A DNA stretch of 64,000 bases from an uncultured Planctomycetaceae bacterium (GCA_963785305.1 CAWAUV010000007.1:768001-832000); one strand, 5' to 3'. Shown: positions 24,901 to 37,323, counted from the stretch's first letter. The notes: generated by a model not told the origin, from the letters alone. Program-made: numbers and translations.

Positions 24901-27900
24901 GACGTCGGGCTTGGGCGGCGCGCTCCAAGACAAGCTCTATGCCGTGTCGCAGGCCGCCGCCGCCGCGACGATGACCGAAAACATCGCCGGCGAGGACGAG
25001 ACGCGGGTCGAATCCTATTATTCGGCGGCCCGGACGCAGCTCTCGGCCACCGTCGGCGCGACTTATACGTACGACGAGGCGGTGGCCGGCGCCGACGCCG
25101 GGCTCGAGCGCCTCGCAGGCCCAGAGCAGCCAGACGCTCGAAGACGCCCAGGCGAGTAATTTTTTCACTTATCAGTCCGCCGGTTATTCCCAAGACGCTT
25201 GGAACGCCCTGAACACTTCCGACACCCAGGCCGCCACGGCCGCCAATGAAACCATCGCCGCCGCGATCGTGGCCTGCGCCTCCGCGATCAGCACGGCCCA
25301 AGTCGCCGAAGCCGGCACGCTTCAGTCGTCGGGCGACACTCAGGCCGGCGGCGCCGAGCGGGCGGATTCGATCTTCGCCGTCGCCATGGCGGGCGAAGTC
25401 AAGACCTTCGAATCCGCGCTGGCCACCGCCGCCTACAACCAAGACCTGGCCCTGGCCTCCGACGACAAGGCCGACGCCGACGCCTACGCCAGCGCCGGCT
25501 ATACGCAAATCATGGGCGACCCGACCTCGCCGACCGATCCCACGATGGGCGACGCCCAAGCCGCGGCCGATTACGAGACCGATTCGACCGCGGCCGAAAA
25601 CGCCTACGCCACCGGTCAGGCTGGCGACTATGTGACCACGCTCACCGAGTGGTCCGCCGGTATTACGGACCCGATGCAGTCGGCCACGGCGGCGTACGCA
25701 TTAGGTTTGGCAAATGACGCACTCGCCGATGCGAATAGCATTGCCACTGCCGCCACGACGTTGGCTAACGCCACGAACACGGCCAATAAGGCTCTTATCT
25801 CCGCGACCGCCGCCGCCGATGAAACATACGCGCTGACCGAGGACACCGACGAGTACGCGGCGGCCACCGCCGGGGCCAGCGCCGCCCTCGCGCAGGCGCT
25901 GTCGATCGCCGACGCTCGTTATATGGAAAACTCCACGGCTCTTGTCGCTGAATCGCCCCGCGCCGAGGCGACTATCGTCGAGCAGAATCTTTATGATTCG
26001 GCGGTGGCGCAAGCGCAAGCCAACTATGCGTATAGCTCCGCCTCGATCTTGAGCGCGGGCGAAAGCGATCCGTCGAGCACGAACTCGGCTCTAGCGACGC
26101 TCAACGCCACACGCATCAATGCGATTGGCGCGGCGGTGGCTATCCAAATATCCGATTTGACAGTGGCCGACTCGACACTGGCCGGAGCCGAGACTGGAGC
26201 GAACGTCACGTTTGCCCAGGCGCAACAGACCGCCGATACCACATTCGACGCGGCCGAAAACAACATCGAAAACGATCCTCAAAATGGCCAAGCGGTGCTC
26301 GACGATGCCGCGCAACTCGCGGATTCCGACGCCGACGCCTTGGCCGTGTTGAATAACACCACCGCGCTCGACGGAGTGGACGCGGCCTATACCCAATCGG
26401 CCGACACCGCGACCGAAGCTCAAACCAGCGCCGACGCCACCGACAATGGCGCCTATCAAGTGGCCGAGGCGAATAGCGCCGCCGCGCAGATGGCCGCGAC
26501 GGCGATTTCGCAAGGCACGCCCTGGTCCACCCTCGCCGCCGAGTATTATCAGGCCAAAGCCAATTGGACGGGCAACACGTCGGCGGCATTCGCCACGGAG
26601 ATGACGAACGATGCCGTGGCCGATCAGACACTCGCGAACAGTTCCGCGAAAGACTATCAATCCGAAGAAGACAACGACGCGTCGGCGCTCTATACGTGGG
26701 CAACCTCGGCCGCCACCGCTCTCAACACGCAAGAAGTAAGCGACTCAGCCGCGTCGGGAGTATATGACGGCTCCGTCGATGCGGCAAACGATGCCCAAGC
26801 GGTAGCGCTGGCCCAGAACGACGCCACGTATCTGACCGCCGACGTACCCGCCGTGGACGATTACGCCTTGGCGAACGTCAGCGCGTATACGGCCTATCAA
26901 GCTTCGCTCGCCGCGGACCAATCCGACTATTCGGGCGTCAGCGAGCAAGACGCATACGAGACCTATCAAAGCGCCCTCCAGTCGAACTGCGCGGCGTTCG
27001 CGACATCCCAAGGCGCCGCGAATGTCGTTTGGGCTACCGGCGCGGCGACGGCGGACGCGAGCGATGCGATCGGCTTGCAGTCGGCCGAGACCGCGCTGAT
27101 CGCTTCGACGGCCAACGACGAGCAGGCATTCAGCGACACGAACGCAACGGCCGAGGACGCCGCCGCCGACGCCGATGCCAGCTACACGGATGCCTACGCA
27201 ATTGAAAGCGACGCATTGCAGGCGACCGACTCCGAAGCCAACGTTTCCAATGCCGACACGTTCGTCGCCGCCCAGCAAAACGACGCGGATGCAACGCTCG
27301 ACGCGCTCGCCGCCAACGCTTCCACCCCGCTCGCAGCCTACCTCGACGCGCAATCGCATGCCACGGACGGCGTTGTCGCCGCCGTCGCGTCGCCCGCCAG
27401 TCAATACGGAACCTGGGCTTCTCAAGACATTACCGCCGAGCAAAACGCGGACGATGCGATCGCGAATTCGAATCTCACCGCCACCGACGCGGTGAACGAC
27501 GACTTGCTGACCGAAGTGCTTGCGGACGACAAGAATCAGGCGGACTTTTCCAAAAACATCGCCGCGGACGAGCTCAACTACGTCAAGGTTCTCGCGCCGT
27601 TGGCCGTGAATTACCAAACCGCCCTGGCGCAATCGGCGAGCGATTTGGATCAAGCCCTCGCGGAAAGCGACGACGACGCCTATAGCGACTACCAGACCGA
27701 TATCGACGACGACCTTGCGACCTACGTCGCCCAGGCGACCACGGCGCTGCAATCCCCGGTGAGTCAGGCCGCTTCGGACAATCAAGCCGCCGTCGACGCG
27801 GCAATCACGAACGTCAGCGCGTTCCAAGTCGCTGCAACCAGTTCGCTCCAGCAGGCGTTGACGACCCAAGGCAACGCCTTGACGTCGGACTTTACCGCGG

Positions 27901-30107
27901 CCGTGACCAATGCCCAAAACACCGTCACCACCGAATCGGCCGCGAACGCCGCAGCATATGCTACCCTGGCGGCAAGCCAACCGTCCGTCTGGTCGCAAAA
28001 CGAATCGAATACCGAGCAAGCGGACAACGCGGCTACCCAATCGACCGCCTTGGTGAATTTTCAGACTCTGCAAACCCAGGTCGGTGCGTTCGCCACCGAC
28101 GCCAGTCAGGGAAGCGCCACGCTTGCAACCGCATTGTCGCAGTACAATACGAACGATCAAAATGCCGAGGCCGCGGGCGCCGCCGCGCGAGACGAGGCGC
28201 TCCCCCAGCATTCCGAAGGATACGAACCTTGGGCGCCCGCAAGCCAGTCGCCGCCCAGCATCGTCTCCATGAACTTCGGATACTTCGGTTATTTAGGCGA
28301 AGACTACGACGTTCCGGCGCGCAGTCGTATAATCTCGGCTCCGCGAATGTCGCGTCCGAAGGCATTTATTTCGGCGGATGGTACGGTGGCTATGGCTACG
28401 GCGTCGGCTGGGGCTATGGCTGGGGCTATGGATACTATGGTTACTACGGCTACGGTTATGGCCAGCCCGACACGGCCACGGCTCATCAGTCGCCGAACAA
28501 TTCGTCGGCGTCGCAAGCGATCGCCGGCGCAAGCGTGTTTATGATCACCACGCCGACCTCGAACGACGCGTCCAACTCGGGCGGCCTCGGCGCTGGAATC
28601 ACGACTTTCGGCGGATATGGCTACAATGGTGGTGGCATCATTCCGGTCCAAACGATCGACGGCTATCGAGACATGCTGTTCGCGCAGACGGGCCCGCAAA
28701 GCTACTTGGTCAATGAACAAACGCAGGCTCCCCCGCCGAACCTTGAAGTCGGCGATTTCCATCTAAGCGCCACCGCGCCGATCAATTCCCCCGACGCGGG
28801 GCAAAATGATTGGAGCGGTTTGCTCGATCGCGCCGCCACCGAAGCGGGGCCGACCGCCAACGTCACGTTGCAAACGGCGAACACCCAAGCCGCCCAGCAG
28901 GAGGATCAAGAGGAAGAGCAGTACGACAACGACTGGGAAGCGGAGGGCGGCGAGATCACGCCTCCGGCGCCAGCACCGCCGAGCGATACCGGCGTCCAGC
29001 CGCAAAATGATGGGCAAGCGGCGGCAGCCGCGGCGGCCGCGCAAAAGGCCAAGACCATCATGGCGGCTCTCGGCAACGACTTGAAGAGCATCGATCCGAT
29101 GGCCGTGGCCAAGCTCCGCGACCAGGGGTTGGCCACGATCCAGTCGTTCAACATGGGCAAGCAAGCCAAGGCCGTCGTCTCGGTCCCGCAGCCCGACGGC
29201 AGCGTCCAGACATTCACGCTCAATCTTGTAGTGCCTTGGTTCACGGCCGCGCACTACGAAGTCGAGTCGGTAACGTCGCAGGCGCCGCAGGCGATCGCGG
29301 CCGAATTGGCCCAAATGGAACGCGATCGGCATCAGTTCGTGATGAACGTGCAGAACGGAATCAGCACGATCGAAGGCGGAATTGTGACGCTGCCTTTCGG
29401 CGGCGGCGCGAGCGTGGTTGCCAAAGCGGCGACGGTCGTCTCGCGAGGGATCGCCGCCACGCATATAATCACGGGTGAGGTAAACGTCCTCAATAACTCA
29501 TCGTACGATACGCCCCTGACGGCGATCGGAACGGAAATAGGGGTGGCGTCCGGCGCAGGATCGCGAAACGGCCAGGAACCGCGCCGCATTCGCCGAGGGC
29601 GCCATAATGTTTCGCGCGGGATTCTTCGGAGGCATCCCCGGCGAGACGGGACCGTACACGCCGAGGTTGCCCAATGAAATGCCGTCGCTCGAGCCGCCCA
29701 GCAGCGCGGCGGGTGGAAGTGGTCGTGGAGTCTGGGCCGAGGCCCCCGCCGTCCGTGGCGAGATTATCGAAAAGCAACTCGGTCAGAATCTCCCCCAAAC
29801 ATTCCCCGTTATCGACAAGTTCGTAGACGGCGTGGCAACAAGCATCAAGAGCATGGACTTGAATGCCGTGACATATGCGGATCCCGCCGCAATCACCCGA
29901 ACCGGCCAAGGTTACATCAATAAAGTTGCTGACTTCACCGGCGGAGCAAGATCTAACTTTGTAATAACTCAGGGCCAGATCACGGGCCGCGCGCTGGAAC
30001 TTGCGGTCCCCGAAGGCGCGACGGCCCCTCAGGAACAAGCCTTGCAAGGCATGATTCGGTACGGAAGATCCAAAGGCGTAACTGTAACAATAGTGGTGGT
30101 GCAATGA
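12988..30107 (+). CDS. Giant secreted polymorphic toxin/adhesin (~5,600 aa reconstructed): export motif, 7 Big_3-like Ig repeats, cadherin-like repeats, 'FVVAW' repeats, ~14 PKD repeats, acidic Ala-rich stalk, Gly/Tyr motif, DNase tip
   Basis: ORFs 12988-16728, 16583-25159, 25269-28544, 28229-29677 and 29607-30107 join after removing the MITE and single-base shifts (~25106, ~28320, ~29560); 'LESLEARQLM', 'PTGSVDFYD...ATYSGD', 'WTINWGDG' repeats. Confidence 0.85.
16500..16684 (-). mobile_element. 185-bp MITE copy 2
   Basis: Reverse complement of 10005-10189; 5-bp target duplication CTCAG (16495-16499, 16685-16689); excision restores 'PDPTLSYSLAAAP'. Confidence 0.92.
29699..30107 (+). other. 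C-terminal toxin domain, CdiA-CT EC869-orphan11-like DNase
   Basis: 'RGEIIEKQLGQNLP..FPVIDKF..GVATSIKSMDL..TY...GYINKVADF...ITGRALELAVP' matches the family pattern. Confidence 0.8.
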
Positions 30108-30562
30108 AAAGATATGCATGTGTCTATTGCCGTAAGGGCGATCTGTTTTTTCGTTCGTTGTCGCAGACGACGGTGGGAGTCTTAATCGGCAGCGACCTGA
30201 TCTCGGTGCTCAACGAAACGAATTCGTCCGCTGACAAGGGAAATGCGGCGTTGAAGGCGCTTTGCGGCTTTGTTCAAGGCATACCGCACCCGACTTCGTG
30301 GAGAAGTGATGACGATGATCCGCTGCATGCAGCTGCGGGCGTCAGGACATGGGCGACATTTGTTAGAGGTGCCGCGTTCGTCGGCATCGAGCTCGAAAAT
30401 GATACGCTGACGTTCAATCCCAGTTTGAACAAAGGAGCGAAAGATGGCTTCAAGCCACTTTCGGGCAAGAGCGTTCAGTTGCGGGGCGACGCGTCTGCTG
30501 AAGAAATCGGCATGGCCCTGGACCGGGCGTTCTCGCTTTGCGAACCGAAACGCCTGAATTGA
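30104..30562 (+). CDS. Cognate immunity protein, CdiI/DUF1436-like
   Basis: ATGA overlap with the toxin stop; C-terminal 'SAEEIGMALDRAFSLC' typical of DUF1436/CdiI. Confidence 0.75.
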   Translation: MKRYACVYCRKGDLFFRSLSQTTVGVLIGSDLISVLNETNSSADKGNAALKALCGFVQGIPHPTSWRSDDDDPLHAAAGVRTWATFVRGAAFVGIELENDTLTFNPSLNKGAKDGFKPLSGKSVQLRGDASAEEIGMALDRAFSLCEPKRLN

Positions 30563-30610
30563 GCCCGTCGCCACTACTCCGCGACTTCGACTCGAACTCC
30601 ACCTGTTATT

Positions 30611-31120
30611 TCGGTCCCGCAGCCCGACGGCAGCGTCCAGACATTCACGCTCAATCTTGTAGTGCCTTGGTTCACGGCCGCGCACTACGAAGTCGAGTCG
30701 GTAACGTCGCAGGCGATCGCGGCCGAATTGGCCCAAATGGAACGCGATCGGCATCAGTTCGTGATGAACGTGCAGAACGGAATCAGCACGATCGAAGGCG
30801 GAATTGTGACGCTGCCTTTCGGCGGCGGCGCGAGCGTGGTTGCCAAAGCGGCGACGGCCGTCTCGCGAGGGATCGCCGCCACGCATATAATCACGGGTGA
30901 AGTAAACGTCCTCAATAACTCATCGTACGATACGCCCCTGACGGCGATCGGAACGGAAATAGGGGTGGCGTCCGGCGCAGGATCGCGAAACGGCCAGGAA
31001 CCGCGCCGCATTCGCCGAGGGCGCCATAATGTTTGGCGCGGGATTCTTCGGAGGCATCCCCGGCGAGACGGGACCGTACACGCCGAGGTTGCCCAATGAA
31101 ATGCCGTCGCTCGAGCCGCC
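30611..31120 (+). repeat. Near-identical copy of pre-toxin segment 29180-29698
   Basis: Direct comparison: identical except a 9-bp deletion and a few substitutions; identity ends at '...NEMPSLEPP'. Confidence 0.95.
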
Positions 31121-31583
31121 GGCGGACCCCATACCGAGCCGTACGGCGCCCGAATCCATTCCCGAGCCGACTCCGACGGTCAAATACCCGGACTCGAATT
31201 ACAAGGTTCAAACAAATCAAACGCCGGAAGGTACGCAATATGATGTGTACTACGACTCTCCAACAAGCAGAGGGACGCTCCAATCGACGTTCGACTCCGC
31301 CACGGGTAGGCTTACGATGGAGCTAATAGACGTTAAACCGACACAACAAGGTCTTGGAAGCGCGATGGTCGCCAAGCTTTTAACCACGATCCGCGGCACG
31401 GGGGCAACGGTCAACTCGATCGCGGGGAAGATGAGCGCGGACAATAAAGCGACATTATTGGCGGATGGATTGGAGGCGACGCCTGCATACAAGCTTCGGG
31501 TCCAGAACGGATTTCCATTTGTCCAACAGCGTCCAGACGCGGCGAATAACTACTGGTTGATTATGGGAACTACACCGGAATGA
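31029..31583 (+). CDS. Orphan toxin tip 1, GNAT acetyltransferase-like
   Basis: Follows the shared pre-toxin segment; 'IDVKPTQQGLGSAMVAKLL' (motif A-like) and 'DN...TPAYKLRVQNGF' (motif B-like). Confidence 0.55.
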   Translation: MFGAGFFGGIPGETGPYTPRLPNEMPSLEPPADPIPSRTAPESIPEPTPTVKYPDSNYKVQTNQTPEGTQYDVYYDSPTSRGTLQSTFDSATGRLTMELIDVKPTQQGLGSAMVAKLLTTIRGTGATVNSIAGKMSADNKATLLADGLEATPAYKLRVQNGFPFVQQRPDAANNYWLIMGTTPE

Positions 31584-31927
31584 GCCCAGCAGAATTCGTC
31601 ACGAAGATGTTATCCGAGGGCAAGTCCGATGTAATTATCGGAATGCTGGAGCAGTTCTACAGCTCTCGGGTGATGACAATGGCTCCGGAGAGCTATCTGT
31701 TCAAAAGATTTGCCGCCGCGTTCGTAATTAGAACAATGAACCAGCTTGCCAGACTCGAAAAAGGGGGAACCGTTTACGACGACCCGCTCCTGACCGTCTG
31801 GGGAGACATGGCTTATTTCGGAATCGAATGGTCGGAGGTTCATCGGTACAACGTCGCGAACGCCGTCCCTGCCGAAAACGAAATCCAAGGCGGGAGCGAT
31901 CCAACGCATGGTACGGATGTCCAATGA
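31580..31927 (+). CDS. Putative immunity protein for orphan tip 1
   Basis: ATGA overlap with the toxin stop; 115 aa; lower GC. Confidence 0.65.
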   Translation: MSPAEFVTKMLSEGKSDVIIGMLEQFYSSRVMTMAPESYLFKRFAAAFVIRTMNQLARLEKGGTVYDDPLLTVWGDMAYFGIEWSEVHRYNVANAVPAENEIQGGSDPTHGTDVQ

Positions 31928-31956
31928 CCTGTGTTTAAACATCCGCGAGGTTCGAG

Positions 31957-34900
31957 CGCCGGTATTACGGACCCGATGCAGTCGGCCACGGCGGCGTACG
32001 CGGTGTCGCTGGCCGACGACGCGTCGCACAATGCCGCCGGCGCGGCCGCGGCCGCCACGAAGTTGGCCGACGCCACGAACGCGGCCGACATGACGCTGGC
32101 TTCCGTGACCGCGGCGGCCGACGAGACGCTGGCCCTCGCCGAAGACGCCGACGAGCACGCCGCCGACACCGCCGGCGCGAGCGCCGCCCTCGCGCAGGCG
32201 CTGGCGATCGCCGACGCGCGTTATACCGAGAACACCGTCGCCCTGGTGGCCGAGGCTTCCCGCGCCAAGGCCACCACCGTCGAAGAGGACCTGGATGATT
32301 CGGCGGTGGCGCAAGCGCAGGCCGACTATGCATATGGCGCGGCGTCGCTTCAAAGCACGTACAACGGCGATTGGCAGACTACCAATTCCGACCTCGCCTC
32401 GCTGAACGCCGCGCGGATCACGGCGATCGGCGCCGCCGAGGGTACGCAAGCGAGCGACCTCACGACCGCCGATATCGCGCTGGCCACGGCCGAAACCGGC
32501 GCGATCGTCACGTTTGCCCAGGCCCAGCAAACGGCCGACGCCACGTTCGACGCCGCCGAAAACACGATCGCCAACGATCCCACGACCGGCCAAGCCGTGC
32601 TCGACGCCGCCGCCCAGCTCACCGACTCGAACGCCAACGCGCTGGCCATGCTCGACAACGCCACCGCGCTCGACGCCGCGAACCTGACGTATACCCGGTC
32701 GGTCGACGCGGCGAACGAGACGCAAGCGGCCAGCGACGCGGGCGCCGACGCGACGTATCAAGTGGCGGCGGCCAACGTCGTCGCCGGGCAACTCTCCGCC
32801 ACGGCCCTCGCGCAAAAACACGCCCTGGTCGAGCTTCGCCGCCGAGTATTATCAGACCCAAGCCGACTGGCTGCGGGACACGTCGGTCTCGTTCGTGACC
32901 GACCAAACCAACGACGCGATTGCCGACCAGGCCCTGGCGGATCAGATCGCCGGGGACGCGCGCACGGCGGCCGACCAAGAAGCGACGCATGCCTACAACG
33001 AATCGACTTCGGTCAATCTGGCCCAGGAAACCCAGTCGCTCGACGATTCGAACGCGTCGAGCGAGGAGGACACGGCGTTCGACGCGGCGGGGGACGCCCA
33101 GTCGGTGGCGCTGGCCCAGAACGACGCGACGTACATGACCACGATGGTTCCGGCGGTCGATGGATACGCGCTCGCGGACATCAAGGCCGACACCGCCTAT
33201 CAGGCCGCGCTGGCCGTCGATGAGTCGGATTACACCGGCGTGAGCGAGCAGAACGATTACGAAACCTATCAGTCCGCGCTCCAGTCGAACTACGAGACGC
33301 TGATTTCGGCCCAAGGCTCGGCCGATGTCGCCTGGACGAGCGGGGCCGCGTCGGCCGACGGGCAGTACGCCATCGCCCAGCAAGCGGCCCAGAGCGTGTA
33401 CAGCGTCGCCACCGCCGGCGACCAGCAGGCGCTCGACGACGCCACGGCCTCGGCCGCGAACATTCAGGCCAACGCCGACGCGCTCTCGGGATACGACGAG
33501 AACGTGGCCGAGAACAATCAAAGCTCGACCGACGCCATGACGACCGCGAATGACGACGCGACCTGGGCGAGCGTCCAGCAGTACACGGCCGACTCCGTGC
33601 TCGATGGACTGGCCGGCGTCGATTCCGGCTACGCGCTCGGCGGCTATCTCGACGCCCAGTCGCACGCGCTTGACAGCGTGGTGAACGCGCAAATCGGTCC
33701 GACCGGCGCCATCGTGTCGCTCGCGCAAACCACCAGCGCCGCCGACGACACGGCAGCCAACACCGTGGCCCTGGATGAATACGACAACACGGTCTCGATC
33801 GACGGATTGCTGCTTACTCGCGAGACCGACGACGACGCCAACGAACAAACCTTCGCCAGCGCCATCGCCACCGACCAGTACGACTACGTGACCGCCGCCG
33901 CCGGCGCCGCCGTCGACTACGAAACCGCGCTGGCGAGCGTGACGCAAACGTTCGACAACGCCCTGGCCTCGGGCAATGACCGGGCCTACACCGACTATTA
34001 CGGCGCCCTCGCCGCCGCCCAAGGCGCCTACACCGCCGCCGCCCTCTCCGCCGTCTCACCCGCCGTGACCCAAGCGGCGAACGACAACTACACGGCGATG
34101 AACAACGCCGTGAACGACGACAATAATTGGGTGAACGCGGTCGGCGCTATCGAGCAGGCGGAACTTTCGGCGGACGCGCCCGTCGTCGCCGGAGACGCGT
34201 CGAGCGACATGTCGTCGCTCGTGAACGCGAGCAACTCGAACGTGCAGGCGACGGCGCAGCGCTTGCGTCCCTTGCCGCCACCGATCCGTCGACTTGGTCG
34301 ATGGGCGAGGCATCGATCGAGTCGTCGCTCAACGCCTTGATGCAGTCGAGCGGCGCGGCGTTCATCGCCGCCGGCAATCAACAGATCACCTCGAGCAACA
34401 ACCAAGTCGCTCAACAGCTAAGCGAGCTTTCGAGCGAGCTCACGCAAATGAACGTCGCCAACTCGGCAACGCTTTCGCAAGCGAGCGCCGCCAAGGACGC
34501 GGCGCTTGCGCAGCTCACCGACGGTGACTACCAAGCCTGGCAAGCGCCGACGCTCACGCCGCCCGATCTCGCGCCGGCGGGCAACGGTTATTATGGCTAC
34601 TACGGCTACGAGGGCATCGGTCTAAACGTGCCCTCGCCCCAGTCCTACGATCTCGGCTCGGCGAACTTCTCCTCGGGCATTTATTTCGGCGGATGGTATG
34701 GGAGTTATGGCTACGGCGTCGGCTGGGGTTATGGCTTCGGCTATGGATACTACGGTTACTACGGCTACGGCTTTAGCCAGCCCGACAGCGCCGCGGCTCA
34801 CGAATCGCCGAACGACTCGTCGATCAGCCAAGCGATCTCGACGGCCGATAATTTCACGATCGTGACGCCCACCGCCGACGACGCCCCGGACTCCGGCGGG

Positions 34901-36867
34901 CTCGGCGCGGGAGTCTTCACGAACGGCAACGTCACCACCGTCGTTCCGATCCAAACCATCGACGGGTATCGCGACTCCCTCTTCGACCAGACCAATCCGG
35001 AAGGCGATCCCTCGAGCGGCGAGCCGCCGTCGTCGTCGGCGATGCCGAACGATGGCATGCTCTCCTTGAACGCCATCACGCCGATCGATTCTCCCTACGC
35101 CTCCGGAAACCAATGGTCGACCCTAAGCGATTCGGCGAGTAGTTCCGCCGGTTCGACCGCCGATCCGACGGTGTTTCAAATCGATTACGGCGCCGGCGCC
35201 GCCTGGTCGCCGCCGGTGATCGATGTCGCCGCGGCGGAAGTGTGTTTCGCCGCCGGCACGCTGGTGCGGACGCGGAGCGGCTCGGCGCCGATCGAGTCGA
35301 TGCGCGAGGGCGACGATGTCTACTGCGTGCCCGAGGGCGCGCCCGTCGAAAGCGTTCCGGTGCTCCGCAAAGTCCGCGCGGTCCATCGCAATGCTCCGCG
35401 GCGTCTCCTCGACGTCGAATTGGAAGGATGGCGGATTCGCTGCACGGCCGAGCATCGATACTGGACGGGCGAGCGCGGCTGGATCGAGGCGCGTGATTTG
35501 AGGGCGGGCGATCGTCTGCTCGGCGACGACGGCCGTTGCGCGCGGTCGTCGGCGTCGGCGACGGTGGCGAAATCGAGCCGGTGTTCAACCTCGCCGTCGA
35601 GGAGCATCACACGTATTTCGTCGCGAGCCCCGACGGCTCCGCGAGCGTCCTGGTTCACAACGAATGCAACCCGACCGCACAGGATTCGCCGAGCGTCGCT
35701 AAAACCGTCCAGACATCCAATTCGAACCAGAAAACGCTGACCACCACGACGCATTACGAAAACGGGAAAATCGTGTCGATCACGTACGTCTTGTCCGACT
35801 TGCAAGGCCATGCACTGCGTCAGATCTATCTCTATGTGGGCAACGCCGACGGCACGGCCGCGTTCCAGGAGCAGCGCGCGTTGGCGGAGGGCCTGGCGAA
35901 AGAGCTCTTGCGGACGCCCGGGTATATCGGAGGTGGTAATGTCGAGTTCAAGGTACAGCAGTTGCCGAATCCGAACGGCGCCTCGGCGACGCCCGGCGTC
36001 GCCGAGATCACCGCGGCCCAGGCGACCGCCCCGCAAATCACCGAAGACCAAGCCGCCGGTTCCCTGGCGGCCGAGCTCGGATTGACCGATGAAAAAATCG
36101 GAGATCCCACCGGCGCGGGATATGATCGGAAGCAGTTCGCGCTCCAAGCGGATCGATTCATCGAAGCGGAAATCCCCGACGCCGCGGCCGACGCCGGGGA
36201 ACTTGTGATCCTCGGCGCCGAGTTGATGCCGGGCGGCGCGACGGCGGGGATGCTCGCGCGCATGCACGACGACCCGCACTATGCGTCTCAACTGACCGTT
36301 GGTATGGTGTTGATGACGATCGCCGGCGACGCGGCGAGCCTCGGCAAGGTGCAGGAAGCCGCCGGAGTCGTCAAGAAATTCTTCACCGCGAAGAAGGCGC
36401 GGCAAGTCGAATTAAACGCGCAGCGCGCCGAAAGCGCGCTCGCCCGAGCCGAGGCCGACGCCGCCGCCGTGGCAGCCGAACAGGCGGAAGTTACCGCTCA
36501 AAAAGCGCTGACGGAATTGCAGGGAGCAATTCCAAACGGGCATTTCCTGACCAAGCATAGCCCCATGGTAACCTTAGATGACTTGCGCCGTCGCGCGAAT
36601 GTCGGACTACCTAACAGGGCGGGAAGATTGGTTAAGAATGACGCATCGCGATTCATAAGCTATGTCGATATGCAGAACGCGGTCCCAAAAGCAACTGCGG
36701 CTTACAAAGCCGCCGGCGGGACCGAAAACAAAATAGAAATCAACATGCTCAAGATTATCGGCGAAGGATATATCAAAAACTCAACCGTGCTTACGACGAC
36801 GACAAAGGTAGTTGCGGTGTTCAATAAATTCGGACAATTAATCACTATTTATCCTAAACTTAGGTAA
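31957..36867 (+). pseudogene. Orphan cassette 2: 5'-truncated stalk, Gly/Tyr motif, HINT domain and RNase-like toxin tip
   Basis: Begins abruptly with sequence matching 25656 onward; diverged paralogue of the stalk; tip 'GHFLTKH...LRRR...ASRF...LITIYP' resembles CdiA-CT RNase A-like/BECR toxins; several frameshifts. Confidence 0.8.
35243..35661 (+). other. Polymorphic-toxin-type HINT autoprocessing domain
   Basis: 'CFAAGTLV', 'CTAEHRYW', 'WIEARDLRAGD', 'VFNLAVEEHHTYFV...LVHN'; one frameshift near 35535. Confidence 0.9.
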
Positions 36868-36876
36868 TGTTTCGAC

Positions 36877-37323
36877 ATGTGCCAAGTAAACTTTTATTTG
36901 CTCAATGCGGCGCTTACACCGCTTACGATCGCAGTTCTTCAAGACGAGATAACCATTGACCCCGACGACGAGTCGCAACTGCGGACGTTATTTCGCGAGC
37001 GCATTCGCCCATATATCGCTCGGTGGGCTCAAGTTTATCGCAGTCGGTTGCAGTTATCGCTGGCCTATTATATACATCGTCCGGAAACGCTTGATCGTGT
37101 TCTCGCATCGGAACAAGATCTGGATATGCCCGAACCGACTAATGTTGTTCGATTTTTTGCGATTCTTTGGGAAGTTCTGTACCCGAATATCGACTGTTCA
37201 GCAATCGATTTGTCCGAAGCCGAAGAAAACAATGATACATTAAATGTAGAATTCGAACAAAAACGCGAATCGCTTGTTGTTGATCCCGAAACGTTAATTC
37301 GTGGAGACGGCAATCCCGATTAG
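36877..37323 (+). CDS. Putative immunity protein for the RNase-like tip
   Basis: Directly downstream of the toxin; 148 aa; low GC; 'RFFAILWEVLYP'. Confidence 0.7.
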   Translation: MCQVNFYLLNAALTPLTIAVLQDEITIDPDDESQLRTLFRERIRPYIARWAQVYRSRLQLSLAYYIHRPETLDRVLASEQDLDMPEPTNVVRFFAILWEVLYPNIDCSAIDLSEAEENNDTLNVEFEQKRESLVVDPETLIRGDGNPD

